A stretch of 64,000 nt of DNA, taken from contig CANQAX010000002.1 in assembly GCA_947589235.1 (NCBI GenBank), positions 9,054 through 73,053 of the forward strand, in the 5' to 3' direction. The translations under genes and the position numbers were made by a program. The stretch is from an uncultured Clostridia bacterium. Lineage in GTDB: Bacteria; Bacillota; Clostridia; Christensenellales; Borkfalkiaceae. The notes under the pieces were generated by a model that saw only the letters and a program-made list of their open reading frames with translations, searched no databases and was not told the DNA's origin. Position 1 is the stretch's first letter. Each line of letters opens with the position of its first letter. Of this stretch, positions 6,572-15,500 are shown one piece after another.

Positions 6572-8746
6572 TCATTTCTTTTCGGGTCTGTCCTTCCGCA
6601 TCGTGAGGGAGATGCGCCCGCGCCTCTCGTCGACGTCGAGCACGCGGACGGTGACGACGTCCCCCACCGAGAGCACCTCGGACGGGTGGCGGATATAGCG
6701 GTCGCCGATCTCGGAGATGTGCACGAGCCCGTCCTGATGGACGCCGATGTCGACGAACGCGCCGAAGTCGATGACGTTCCGCACCGTTCCCCTCAACTCC
6801 ATGCCCCTCTTCAAGTCCTTGATCTCGAGCACGTCCGTCCGCAGAACGGGCGCGGGGAGCTCGTCGCGCGGGTCCCGCCCCGGCTTCATGAGTTCGCCGA
6901 TGACGTCGTACAGCGTGGGAAGCCCTACGCCGCACTCCTTTGCCGCCCGCTCGTCCCCGTAGTCATGGAGACGCTCGCGGAGGTGACCGATTTTCCCCGC
7001 CCGCACCTCGGACATGGTATAGCCGCAGAGCGCGAGGAGCTTCTCCGCCGCCCCGTAGCTCTCGGGGTGGACGGCGGTGTTGTCGAGCACCTCTTCGCTC
7101 TCGGGCACGCGCAGGAAGCCCGCGCATTGCTCGAATGCCTTGTCCCCGAGCCCCTTCACCTTGCGGAGGGCGCGCCGCGAGCGGAAGGGACCGTTCTCCT
7201 CGCGGTACTTCACGATGTTCTCCGCGACGCTCGCGTTGAGCCCCGCAACGTGCGAGAGAAGGGGCGCGGAAGCCGTGTTGACGTCCACGCCGACGGCATT
7301 CACGCAGTCCTCCACGACGCCGCCGAGCGCCTGCGAGAGCCGCTTTTCGGGCATGTCGTGCTGATATTGCCCGACGCCGATGGACTTGGGCTCGATCTTG
7401 ACGAGCTCGGCGAGCGGGTCCTGCAGCCGCCGCGCGATGGAGACCGCGGAGCGGAGATTGACGTCGAAGTCGGGGAACTCGCGCGCCGCGAGCGGGGAAG
7501 CGGAATAGACGGACGCGCCCGCCTCGTTCACGATGATATAGGAGAGGTCGGGCAGGCGGAGGGACGAGATGAGTTCCACCGTCATGCGCTCCGTCTCGCG
7601 GCTCGCCGTGCCGTTTCCGATGGCGATGTGCTTGACGCCGTGTCTCTTGATGAGGTCGGAGAGCTTTCCGATGCACTCCCTCTTCTGCCGCTCCCCGTGG
7701 GTGGGATAGACGACCGCGGTGTCGAGCACCTTGCCCGTGCCGTCGACGACGGCGACCTTGCACCCCATGCGGTAGCCGGGGTCGAGCCCCATGGTGACGA
7801 ATCCCTTGACGGGCGGCTGCATGAGGAGGGGGCGCAGGTTGAGGGCGAACTGCCCGATCGCGCCCTCGGACGCCCGCTCGAAGAGGGCGGCGCGCACCTC
7901 GCGCTCGAGGCTCGGCTCGATGAGGCGGTCGTAGGCGTCCTCACAGCAGGCGCGGACAAAGGACGTCGCGGCGCACGGCTTTCCCACCATGCGGCGGACG
8001 GCGAGCGCGACCGCGTACTCGTGCGGGATCTCGACGCCGACGCGGAGGATTTCCTCCCGCTCCCCGCGGAATGCCGCGAGCACCTGATGCCCCGCGACGG
8101 AGGAGACGGGCGCCGAGAAGTCATAGTAGTTGCGGTAGACGGTGTCCTCGGGGTCCTTCTTCGCCGCCGAGGAGCGGAGCACGCCGTGCGCCATGGCGAA
8201 TTCGCGGAGCGATTTGCGGAGCGCCGCGTCCTCCGAGATCCGCTCGGCGATGATGTCGCCCGCGCCCGCAAGCGCCTCCTCCGCGCTCTCCACCCCCTTC
8301 TCGGGGTCGATGTAGTCCCGTGCTGCGGCAAGGGGAAGCGGGACGTCGGGCTGCTGCGCGAAGAGAAGATCGGCGAGCGGCTCCAGCCCCTTCTCCCTTG
8401 CAATCGTGGCGCGGGTGCGGCGCTTCTGCTTGTACGGGCGGTATAAATCTTCGACCTCGGCGAGCGTCGCGGCGCCGTCGATGCGGGCGGAGAGCTCTTC
8501 GGTGAGCTTCCCCTGCCCCTCGATTGCCCGCTTTACCTCGGTGCGGCGGGCTTCCAACCCGCGGAGGTACTCGAGCCGCTCGGACAGGGAACGGATGGTT
8601 TGGTCGTCCGTCGCGCCGTGCATTTCCTTGCGGTAGCGCGCAATGAAGGGGACGGTGTTCCCCTCGTCGAGCAGGGAGACGATGTTTTTGACGTGCTCCT
8701 CGCTCTTGTGAAATTCTTCGGCTAAAATCTGTACAACATTCGGCAT
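6572..8746 (-). CDS. tex: Tex-like transcription accessory protein (YqgF/HhH/S1 domains)
   Basis: ORF 6572..9016 trimmed to the ATG at 8746. The protein begins MPNVVQILAEEFHKSEEHVKNIVSLLDEGNTVPFIARYRKEMHG... and ends in an S1 domain ...GTVRNVIDFGAFVDIGVHQDGLVHISE.... Confidence 0.92.
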   Translation of the reverse strand: MPNVVQILAEEFHKSEEHVKNIVSLLDEGNTVPFIARYRKEMHGATDDQTIRSLSERLEYLRGLEARRTEVKRAIEGQGKLTEELSARIDGAATLAEVEDLYRPYKQKRRTRATIAREKGLEPLADLLFAQQPDVPLPLAAARDYIDPEKGVESAEEALAGAGDIIAERISEDAALRKSLREFAMAHGVLRSSAAKKDPEDTVYRNYYDFSAPVSSVAGHQVLAAFRGEREEILRVGVEIPHEYAVALAVRRMVGKPCAATSFVRACCEDAYDRLIEPSLEREVRAALFERASEGAIGQFALNLRPLLMQPPVKGFVTMGLDPGYRMGCKVAVVDGTGKVLDTAVVYPTHGERQKRECIGKLSDLIKRHGVKHIAIGNGTASRETERMTVELISSLRLPDLSYIIVNEAGASVYSASPLAAREFPDFDVNLRSAVSIARRLQDPLAELVKIEPKSIGVGQYQHDMPEKRLSQALGGVVEDCVNAVGVDVNTASAPLLSHVAGLNASVAENIVKYREENGPFRSRRALRKVKGLGDKAFEQCAGFLRVPESEEVLDNTAVHPESYGAAEKLLALCGYTMSEVRAGKIGHLRERLHDYGDERAAKECGVGLPTLYDVIGELMKPGRDPRDELPAPVLRTDVLEIKDLKRGMELRGTVRNVIDFGAFVDIGVHQDGLVHISEIGDRYIRHPSEVLSVGDVVTVRVLDVDERRGRISLTMRKDRPEKK

Positions 8747-8804
8747 AGTGTCCTCTTTTGCGCAAAACCGCGCGGTCTCATTATAGCACAGACCGCGCGA
8801 AAAT

Positions 8805-9536
8805 TCAAGGATCCGGAGAAAACCGCACGGTGAGAACGGGCACATGCGGCGGGTTGTTGAGGCGGAAGGGAAAGCGGCTGCTCCCAACCCCGCGCGAGAC
8901 GAGCAGGGTCGTGTTCGGCGGGAGTTGATACAGCCCCTCCGTGTAGCGGGGAAAGAGCCCCTGCCCGGGCGCGTACACCCCCCGCCCGAACAGGCGGAAC
9001 TGCCCGCCGTGCGCATGCCCCGAGACGATGAGGTCGGGCATCAGCTCCTTCGCCGCGGCGGGTGCGAGCTCGGGGCGGTGCAGAAGGAGAATGCGGTACG
9101 CCCCCTCTTCCATGGCAGGCGCCTCGCCGCCGTTCGTCGCCCCCGCAATGAGGATAACCCCGCCCTCTCTTTCGAGGCGGGCACAGCCGTTCGTGACGTT
9201 GTGAACGCCCGCGCGCTCGAGCTCCTGCAGGATACGGGCGCGGTCGGGGTGCGCCGCCTCGTGGTTTCCCTCCGCAAAATACACGGGGAAGTGCGCCGCA
9301 AGCTCGCGGAGAAAGGCGAACGCCGCGGGGGAAAGCGGACGGCGCCTGCAGACGAGGTCGCCCGAAAAGAGCACGGCGTCGGGACGGGCGCGGACAAGCG
9401 ATGAGAGGAGCTCGGCGCAATCGACGCGCTCGCGGGGAAAGTGCAGGTCGGAGAGATGCGCAAAGCGGACGGAGAGATCCCCTTCCCCCGTCTCGTACTC
9501 GACAAATTCCGCTCTCTTGTTCTCAAACAGTCTCAT
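8805..9536 (-). CDS. Metallophosphoesterase (calcineurin-like)
   Basis: Signature motifs HLSDLHF, SGDL, GNHE and GHAHGG are present. Confidence 0.85.
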   Translation of the reverse strand: MRLFENKRAEFVEYETGEGDLSVRFAHLSDLHFPRERVDCAELLSSLVRARPDAVLFSGDLVCRRRPLSPAAFAFLRELAAHFPVYFAEGNHEAAHPDRARILQELERAGVHNVTNGCARLEREGGVILIAGATNGGEAPAMEEGAYRILLLHRPELAPAAAKELMPDLIVSGHAHGGQFRLFGRGVYAPGQGLFPRYTEGLYQLPPNTTLLVSRGVGSSRFPFRLNNPPHVPVLTVRFSPDP

Positions 9537-9608
9537 AGCTCTATTGTATGCGGCTCTTTCCCGTTTTTTCGGCTTTCACTCTCGGCATTTCGGATTTTGC
9601 GCTTACCA

Positions 9609-9785
9609 TTGCGATTGCTTCCGTTCGTCGCTGCGCCTTTTCCGCACGCTTTTGCGAATGGTCCCGTTCGCCGCTGCGTCTTCTCCGCACGCTTTTGCGA
9701 TTGCTTCCGTCCGCCGCTGCGGCTTTCCCGCACGCTTTTGCGAATGGTCCCGCTCGCCGTTTCGGCTTCTCGGATTTGATATTCC
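9609..9785. repeat. Tandem array, 43-bp period, about 4 units alternating two subtypes
   Basis: TTGCGA anchors sit at 9609, 9652, 9695 and 9738. A typical unit is TTGCGATTGCTTCCGTTCGTCGCTGCGCCTTTTCCGCACGCTT. Confidence 0.85.
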
Positions 9786-9879
9786 TCTTTTTTGTACCCC
9801 ATTCCGACGTTTTTCTAACACGGGTCGGAAAAATTCCTTTTGCTTTCGTGTGAATCAAATATTCCAACCCCCTCCCCTA

Positions 9880-10303
9880 CCCCTCCCCCTTACAAAGGGG
9901 GAGGGCAAGATATGGTACCCATACCCCTCCCCCTTACGAAGGGAGAGGGCAAGATATGGTACCCTACCCCTCCCCCTTGCGAAGGGGGAGGGGTAGGGTA
10001 CCCATCGCCCCTCGTAAAGGGACAAGAAGAGACAGGAGCACACGCCCCCTCCATTGGAGGGGTGGAGCGGCGCACCATGTTCAACAGCCCAGTGGGCTGT
10101 GAACGCGCCGCGACAGGAGCGCAGGAAAGCGCGACGGGGATTCGGCGGTCCCTGCCGCCGAATCGCCCGCAAGGGCGGGGGTGGGCTGAACGCGAGCGAA
10201 TCGCGGGGTTTCCGTCATTTCGACGACGCGTAGCGGCGCACGAGCCATACGACTTGTCATTTCGACGACGCGTAGCGGCGCACGAGCGAACCGCTGGGTT
10301 TCT
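9880..10303. repeat. Cluster of GC-rich hairpin words plus partial GTCATTTCGA units
   Basis: CCCCTCCCCCTTACAAAGGGGGAGGG-type palindromes occur three times at 9885-10000. GTCATTTCGACGACGCGTAGCGGCGCACGAGC occurs at 10213 and 10256. Confidence 0.8.
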
Positions 10304-10455
10304 GTCATTTCGAGCGGAGCGGAGTATCGCATGAGCCACGGGCGAATGCGATACGGAGCGAAGTCGAGAAATCTATGCTCAAGAGTGCAGAGTGGTTTCG
10401 TTTATTCTCAATAAGGTTGAGATGTCTCGACTACGCTCGACATGACATTATTGTA
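10304..10455 (+). repeat. Copy 1 of a ~150-nt structured dispersed element
   Basis: TGTCATTTCGAGCG (10304-10317) pairs with CGCTCGACATGACA (10434-10447). GTATCGCAT pairs with ATGCGATAC (10324/10346). GTCGAGAAATCT pairs with AGATGTCTCGAC (10363/10420). Other copies lie at 26511, 26896(-), 36257 and 48535(-). Confidence 0.85.
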
Positions 10456-10543
10456 CGCCGTATCGTGACACAAGCCGCGGCGGGACGACATGACACTATT
10501 GTGCGTCGGGACGGAACACATGCCACGGCAAAACAATACGAAA

Positions 10544-10574
10544 GTGCGCCCCGAGGCGGAGCCTCGGGGCGCAC
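10544..10574 (-). terminator. Intrinsic terminator downstream of the 10720..12381 gene
   Basis: Minus strand: GTGCGCCCCGAGGC-tccg-CCTCGGGGCGCAC followed by TTTCGTATTGTTTTG. Confidence 0.65.
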
Positions 10575-10719
10575 GAAAAATCCATTCGACAATAGGAATG
10601 TTCCATTCTGTTTGGGACTTCCCATTCCGTTCAAACCCATAACCGAACGGACTGCTTTCTCAACAAACAAGGTTTCTGCCCTATTTCGTCGATTCCTTCC
10701 CAACGGTCAAGACTTACGT

Positions 10720-12381
10720 CTAAATTTCGCTGCCCGGGATCGCGTCCTCGTGGGGCACGTTCTTCTTGATGAGGCGCAGGAAGGTGACGGGGTCCACGAC
10801 GACGACGTTCTCGTTGAGCTTTTCGACCATCTCCTTCACCTGCGGGTAATCCATCGACCAGACGTGCAGGTTGACATAGGTATAGCCGTCGATTGAGGTG
10901 GCGTCCGCGGGGTACGAATTGATCTGGCTCGCGATTGCCTCGGGCGAGCTGTTCCACATCGTCGCGCGGCAGGCGACGAAGGGCTTGCCGTTCTCCGACC
11001 AGCGCACCCTGCCCGCGTCCCCAACGTAGCAATCCTGATAAGTGCAATAGAGGAACCCCTCGGCGTGCTCCATCTTCGAGTAGGCCTCGATGACCCTCTC
11101 GTTCAGTCCGTTGTCGAGGATCTTGACGACGGAGAGGTCGCATTTCTCGAGGTATTCGTCCAAGATGGAAGTGAACCGCTTGAGCTGTTCCTCGGGGTAG
11201 GTCAAGGGATAGGTATACCCGAGCCCCGAGACGCTGCACACGAAGGTGTCGCCCGCCTTGGCATTGTTGTAGGTATGGCGGAGAATGTTGGGCGCAAGGC
11301 TGTAGAGCGCGGGGCTCACCGACCAGCCCATGGGGAATCTGCCGCGCGAGGCGCCCATGTACTTGGACTGATCGAACGTCCCGCCGTACCAACACTGCAG
11401 GTTGTCGCCGTCGCTGTTCACGATGGTGATGTAGTGCTTGTTCGTGGGGTATTCCCTCTCACACGGCTCGTTGGGCTGAATGAATTCCTCCTCGCCGAAG
11501 AAGTCGGTACACGAGAACACCGTCATGTTCCTGCAATAGTCCGATGCGAGCGTGAAGCTGCCATACGTCGAGGAAAACGCGACGTCCGTGCCCTCGTCGT
11601 TCGGGCACCAGCCGTAGACGGCGCACCCCTCGCACCACTTCTGGACGTCGTTGCGGAGCTTCAGAACGTCCCGCTTCGTCCCGGGAAGGTAGTAGCAGAA
11701 GTACTTGCACGCAATGGCATAGTCGGTGAGGTCGACGAGGGTGCCCCGCTGCTGAACGAGCCCCGTGTTGTCGAGGTCGTCGCGGTAGGTATCGAAGCAT
11801 TCGCGGGCGGTCATGTTCCGCACGTCGACCTGCTCGGTCATGCCGTTGGCGTCCGCCCACTCCTTGAGGGAGACGTCCACCATCGCAAGCTGTTTCGCCC
11901 CCGCGACGGTGCGCGCGCAGTTGACCGATTGCTCGTTTTCCCTGTCGAACAGGACGTACCCGCCCGAAAAGCGTGCCAAAAAGTCGGTGCGCATGTCGTC
12001 CAAGGTGACGTCGCGGTTGTGCTTGCCGTAGTTCGCCTCGAGCTCGTTCAGCCACGTGTCGTAGGCGCCGCCCGCCTGACGGTAATACTTTGATTCGCCC
12101 GCCTGCGCGAACAGCCCCTGCACCGATTCGGCGAAGAAGAGCTGCGCCGTGGAGAGCGCCTCGCAGCGGTTGAATACGAGGAGGTCCCCCTCCGTCATGG
12201 TCATCTTCTTGAAATATCCCTGATAGTTCACGGGTTCCTCCGGTCCCGACGGCTGCTGCGGTCCCGACGGCTGTTCGGGATCGGGCGAGCCGCCCCCGCC
12301 CGCCGTCCCCCCTTCCCCGCACGAGACGGGAAGGAGAAAGAGCGCTGCGGCAAATACGAGCGCAAAAATTTTCTTGAACAT
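10720..12381 (-). CDS. GxGYxYP-family lipoprotein (putative glycan-active protein)
   Basis: Lipobox LLPVSC at the N-terminus and an SGLGYTYP motif. It is a paralogue of the next gene. A GGAGGA RBS precedes the start. Confidence 0.85.
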   Translation of the reverse strand: MFKKIFALVFAAALFLLPVSCGEGGTAGGGGSPDPEQPSGPQQPSGPEEPVNYQGYFKKMTMTEGDLLVFNRCEALSTAQLFFAESVQGLFAQAGESKYYRQAGGAYDTWLNELEANYGKHNRDVTLDDMRTDFLARFSGGYVLFDRENEQSVNCARTVAGAKQLAMVDVSLKEWADANGMTEQVDVRNMTARECFDTYRDDLDNTGLVQQRGTLVDLTDYAIACKYFCYYLPGTKRDVLKLRNDVQKWCEGCAVYGWCPNDEGTDVAFSSTYGSFTLASDYCRNMTVFSCTDFFGEEEFIQPNEPCEREYPTNKHYITIVNSDGDNLQCWYGGTFDQSKYMGASRGRFPMGWSVSPALYSLAPNILRHTYNNAKAGDTFVCSVSGLGYTYPLTYPEEQLKRFTSILDEYLEKCDLSVVKILDNGLNERVIEAYSKMEHAEGFLYCTYQDCYVGDAGRVRWSENGKPFVACRATMWNSSPEAIASQINSYPADATSIDGYTYVNLHVWSMDYPQVKEMVEKLNENVVVVDPVTFLRLIKKNVPHEDAIPGSEI

Positions 12382-12417
12382 CGTTGTCCTCCGCGGCGGA
12401 ATGCCGCCTGTCTCAAA

Positions 12418-12442
12418 GAGGGGGCGTGATGTGCGCCCCCTC
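12418..12442 (-). terminator. Stem-loop between the two GxGYxYP genes
   Basis: Minus strand: GAGGGGGCG-cacatca-CGCCCCCTC followed by TTTGAG. The U-tract is short. Confidence 0.45.
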
Positions 12443-12456
12443 CCGCTTGCCTTGGA

Positions 12457-15400
12457 TCATCCGAGGCGGAAGTACCGCATGTTGAACACTTCGCCGACGC
12501 CGTTCCAGTCATTGGCGCTGTCGCGGACCTCGAGGATGAACGTGACCTGCTTGCCGTTCAGCGAATCGATGCCGTGCTCCGCGCAGAGGGCGGAGAGGTC
12601 ATAGTTCTGCACGCCGACGTCGCCGCTCGACATCCAGTCGAAGATGACGATATATTCGCCGTCCACGTACATCGCAAGTTTCGTGTACACTCTGCCCGAG
12701 ATGTCGAGGGAGAGATTGACCTCGTCCGAATTCATCTCGATGCACTTCGCGCTCCAGCAGTTGATGTTGCCGTTGCGCTTTTCGTCGCCGCCGCCGTCCG
12801 AGGCGTCGATCTGAAGGGAGCCGCACGGGCGGAGCGTCTCATGGTCGTACGCGCCCCACGAGCAGTACTGGCTCGTCACGATCTGCTCGCCGAGCATCCA
12901 GTCCTCGGTGGAGCCGTTCTCGAACTCGTTGCTGTACGGGTCGGGGCAGACGGTATCCTCGCCCTCGACGATGGCGCGGTCGGTGACGGAGAAGCGGTCG
13001 ATGCGGACGGGCACCTCGGTGAGATTCTCGATCTTCACGGACGCCGTCTTGCCCTTGTAGTCGGCAAAGTATTGCGAGACGGGGAAGGCGAACGTCATCC
13101 AGCCCTGCCCGCGCACGATGCTGCTGCCCGTGCCCTCGACGCCCTTCATCTCGGCGCGGGAAATGACGGTCTTCTCGACGCCGTCGACGGTCAGGGAGAG
13201 CTTGAACGCAGCCGTCGTGGTCTGGTTTTCGGCCGCGGCGCGGGCGTAGAAGGAGATCCACAAATCATCCACCGCGGGGAGCGGGAACGCCGCCTTGTTC
13301 GCCGTGCCGTTGCCCGCGATCTGCATGTTCGTCTTGAAGAAGGAATATGCTTCGGGGGCGGAGGCGTCGGAGGAGCTGTACGTCACGTTGCCCGTCCAGT
13401 CCTCACACCAGAGGAGGAAGTCATTGTAGAGCGGGTCGGTCGGGATGCTCTGCGGATTCTCGCGGAGCATGTCATCGGTGATGGTATGCCCGGAGCCCGT
13501 CGCAGGCATGTTGAAGTGATCGACGGTGTCCGCCTTGTCGGTGACGTTCGCCCGCATCATGGAGACGATCCTGTCGACGGAGACGACCTCCACGTTGTCC
13601 GCGAGCATGCCGCAGATGGTGCGGATGTCGGCATAGTTGTGCGACCAAGGGTGCACGTTGATGACGGTGTAGGCGTCCATCTTGGTGATGTCGGTGCCGT
13701 CCGCCGTGTCCGCATACATGTTGACGCGTGCCGCAAGGTAGGCGGGCGTCGTGCTCCACAGCGAGTCGCGCGGGACGATGAACGGCTTGCCGTTCCTCCA
13801 ATACACGCCGCCCGAATAGGCGCCGTCGAAGTATCTGCCGCCCGTGTAGACGATTGCGCCGTCGAGGTTCTCCACGCGCGAATAGGCATCGAGCGTGTCA
13901 TAGATGCCGTTGCGGTTGTTCTCGGCGCCGATGATCGTGCCGACGTGCAAGCCCGACCGTCCGAGGTAGGTGTCGAACTTGGAAAGAAAGTCGTTCATGT
14001 ACACCGCGCTCGAGTTGTAGAAGTTGCCCGCGTCGATGTACCCCTGCCCCGAGACGGGCGCGCAGAAGTAATCGTTCTCCGTCGTGATGTCGCTGTTGTA
14101 CGCCGTGTCCATGACGAGGGGCATCATGTCCGAAAGGGAGGGCGTGATCGACCACGTGACGGGGAAGTCATCGTTCTCCCTGCCCGTCGCGTTCATGTAG
14201 ACGGTGGAGAAGATGGCGGTGTTCTGCCAATACTGCGCGTTGTCGCCGTCCGAGACGATGAACGCCACGTAGTGCTTGCCCTGCTCGGCGGGCTGCGCCC
14301 TGTCCGTGTTGGGCTGCTCGAAGCCGCCGTCGCGGCGGAACTCCTCCGCTGCGTGGAAGGTGAGGTTCATCGTGTAGTCGGTCGGCACGAGGAACTGCCC
14401 GTACTGGCTGAAGAGGGCGACGTCGCGCGTCTCGTCATAGGCATATCCCAAGATGGGGATATTCTTGGACAGGAAGGTATGGATCTGCTTCTTGAGCGTC
14501 TCGCGGATGGTGACCGAGTTGTCATAGAACACGTGAAGGTACTTGTGCATGACGCCGTAGTCGCGCATGTAGTAGTTGGTGTTTCCGTTGATCTGATAGG
14601 GCTGGTGGACGAGCCCCTCGGGCGAAAGCTCGGTGAGGCAGGCGTTGAAGAGCCAAGAATATCCCCACGTCGAGGCGGTGACGTCCATCTTTTCGACGAG
14701 CCCGAGGGCGTCGAACTCCTCCTTCTTGTCCTGCTCGACGGGAAGGAATCCCGTGATGCCCGCGAGCGTCGAGGCGACGTTGACGGAATACGTCCCCTTG
14801 CGGTAGACGATGTACCCCGGGGTATCGTAGCCGCTGCGGGGCTGCGCCTCGGTGTAGGCGGAATAGATGCCCTCGCTGTTGCTGAATCCCGTCGCGAGCG
14901 GAATGTTGCTCCCCCAAATGCCCTCGGCGTGCATGTCCGCCCAAGCGTCCTTGTAGAGCTCCACGGCTCCCGCAAGGTCGATGACTTCGCGCGTGACGCC
15001 GTATTCCTCCTCGGCGCGCTCGAGGTAGTACACGTCGGCATTCGTGCCGTTCGTCACATACCGCCCGTCGATGTACAGCGTGACCTCCTTGCGGGCGAAC
15101 AGACCCTGCATGGCGGCGAGCGTGTTGAGCTCGTCGTTGTCGCACGAGGCGTCGAGATTGAGAACGTACAGCTTCTTGTCCTCGCGGAGCTCCGTCGGCT
15201 CATAGTACGAGAAGTCGTCGTCCCCCGTCACGGGCGTATCGGGCGCGGGGCGGTAGTTGGGGTCGGGGTCCCCGCAGAGCGTGCAGAAGCCGTTGACGAA
15301 GTGATGGTTGCATTCATCGGGATTCTCGGGCGTCTGTCCGCCGGGGTTTTCGGGCGTCTGTCCGCCGGGATTCTCGGTCTCATTGCCGCCCGAGGGGTTT

Positions 15401-15486
15401 TCGTCTCCCCCCTTCGAGCACGCCGCAAATCCGAAGGCGAGCACGAGCGAGAGCGAGAGCGCCGCTACTTTCAAAATTTTTTTCAT
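12457..15486 (-). CDS. Large GxGYxYP-domain lipoprotein with C-terminal beta-sandwich (CBM-like) modules
   Basis: ORF 12457..16338 trimmed to the ATG at 15486 (AAGGAGGG RBS). The protein begins MKKILKVAALSLSLVLAFGFAAC (lipobox) followed by an NPGGQTPENPGGQTPENP linker. The core aligns by eye with the 10720 gene (…VSGQGYIDAG…). Confidence 0.85.
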   Translation of the reverse strand: MKKILKVAALSLSLVLAFGFAACSKGGDENPSGGNETENPGGQTPENPGGQTPENPDECNHHFVNGFCTLCGDPDPNYRPAPDTPVTGDDDFSYYEPTELREDKKLYVLNLDASCDNDELNTLAAMQGLFARKEVTLYIDGRYVTNGTNADVYYLERAEEEYGVTREVIDLAGAVELYKDAWADMHAEGIWGSNIPLATGFSNSEGIYSAYTEAQPRSGYDTPGYIVYRKGTYSVNVASTLAGITGFLPVEQDKKEEFDALGLVEKMDVTASTWGYSWLFNACLTELSPEGLVHQPYQINGNTNYYMRDYGVMHKYLHVFYDNSVTIRETLKKQIHTFLSKNIPILGYAYDETRDVALFSQYGQFLVPTDYTMNLTFHAAEEFRRDGGFEQPNTDRAQPAEQGKHYVAFIVSDGDNAQYWQNTAIFSTVYMNATGRENDDFPVTWSITPSLSDMMPLVMDTAYNSDITTENDYFCAPVSGQGYIDAGNFYNSSAVYMNDFLSKFDTYLGRSGLHVGTIIGAENNRNGIYDTLDAYSRVENLDGAIVYTGGRYFDGAYSGGVYWRNGKPFIVPRDSLWSTTPAYLAARVNMYADTADGTDITKMDAYTVINVHPWSHNYADIRTICGMLADNVEVVSVDRIVSMMRANVTDKADTVDHFNMPATGSGHTITDDMLRENPQSIPTDPLYNDFLLWCEDWTGNVTYSSSDASAPEAYSFFKTNMQIAGNGTANKAAFPLPAVDDLWISFYARAAAENQTTTAAFKLSLTVDGVEKTVISRAEMKGVEGTGSSIVRGQGWMTFAFPVSQYFADYKGKTASVKIENLTEVPVRIDRFSVTDRAIVEGEDTVCPDPYSNEFENGSTEDWMLGEQIVTSQYCSWGAYDHETLRPCGSLQIDASDGGGDEKRNGNINCWSAKCIEMNSDEVNLSLDISGRVYTKLAMYVDGEYIVIFDWMSSGDVGVQNYDLSALCAEHGIDSLNGKQVTFILEVRDSANDWNGVGEVFNMRYFRLG

Positions 15487-15500
15487 GGATCCCTCCTTAT

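Noticed and set aside
6527-8446. Long antisense ORFs in the track: 6527..8446, 2740..4128, 12574..15609, 16339..18771, 18602..22864, 24605..26332, 32585..35401, 36685..38187, 59556..61232 and others
   Set aside because: These are shadow ORFs typical of high-GC DNA. Their translations are R/G/A/D/E/H/V-rich low-complexity sequence. Each lies opposite a gene with a clear family signature, and they lack RBS context.
10213-10336. Mini-array of GTCATTTCGA...GCGCACGAGC units with a 43-48-bp period, considered as CRISPR-like
   Set aside because: The intervening segments are only about 10-15 nt and are themselves similar. The units are partial copies of the dispersed structured element.
9517-10896. 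ORFs inside the repeat mosaics: 9517..9996, 9840..10334, 10375..10896, 26404..27014, 36125..36659, 48280..48591, 62330..62877
   Set aside because: Their peptides are the translated repeat words (the same strings recur at each mosaic). They overlap on both strands and have no RBS.
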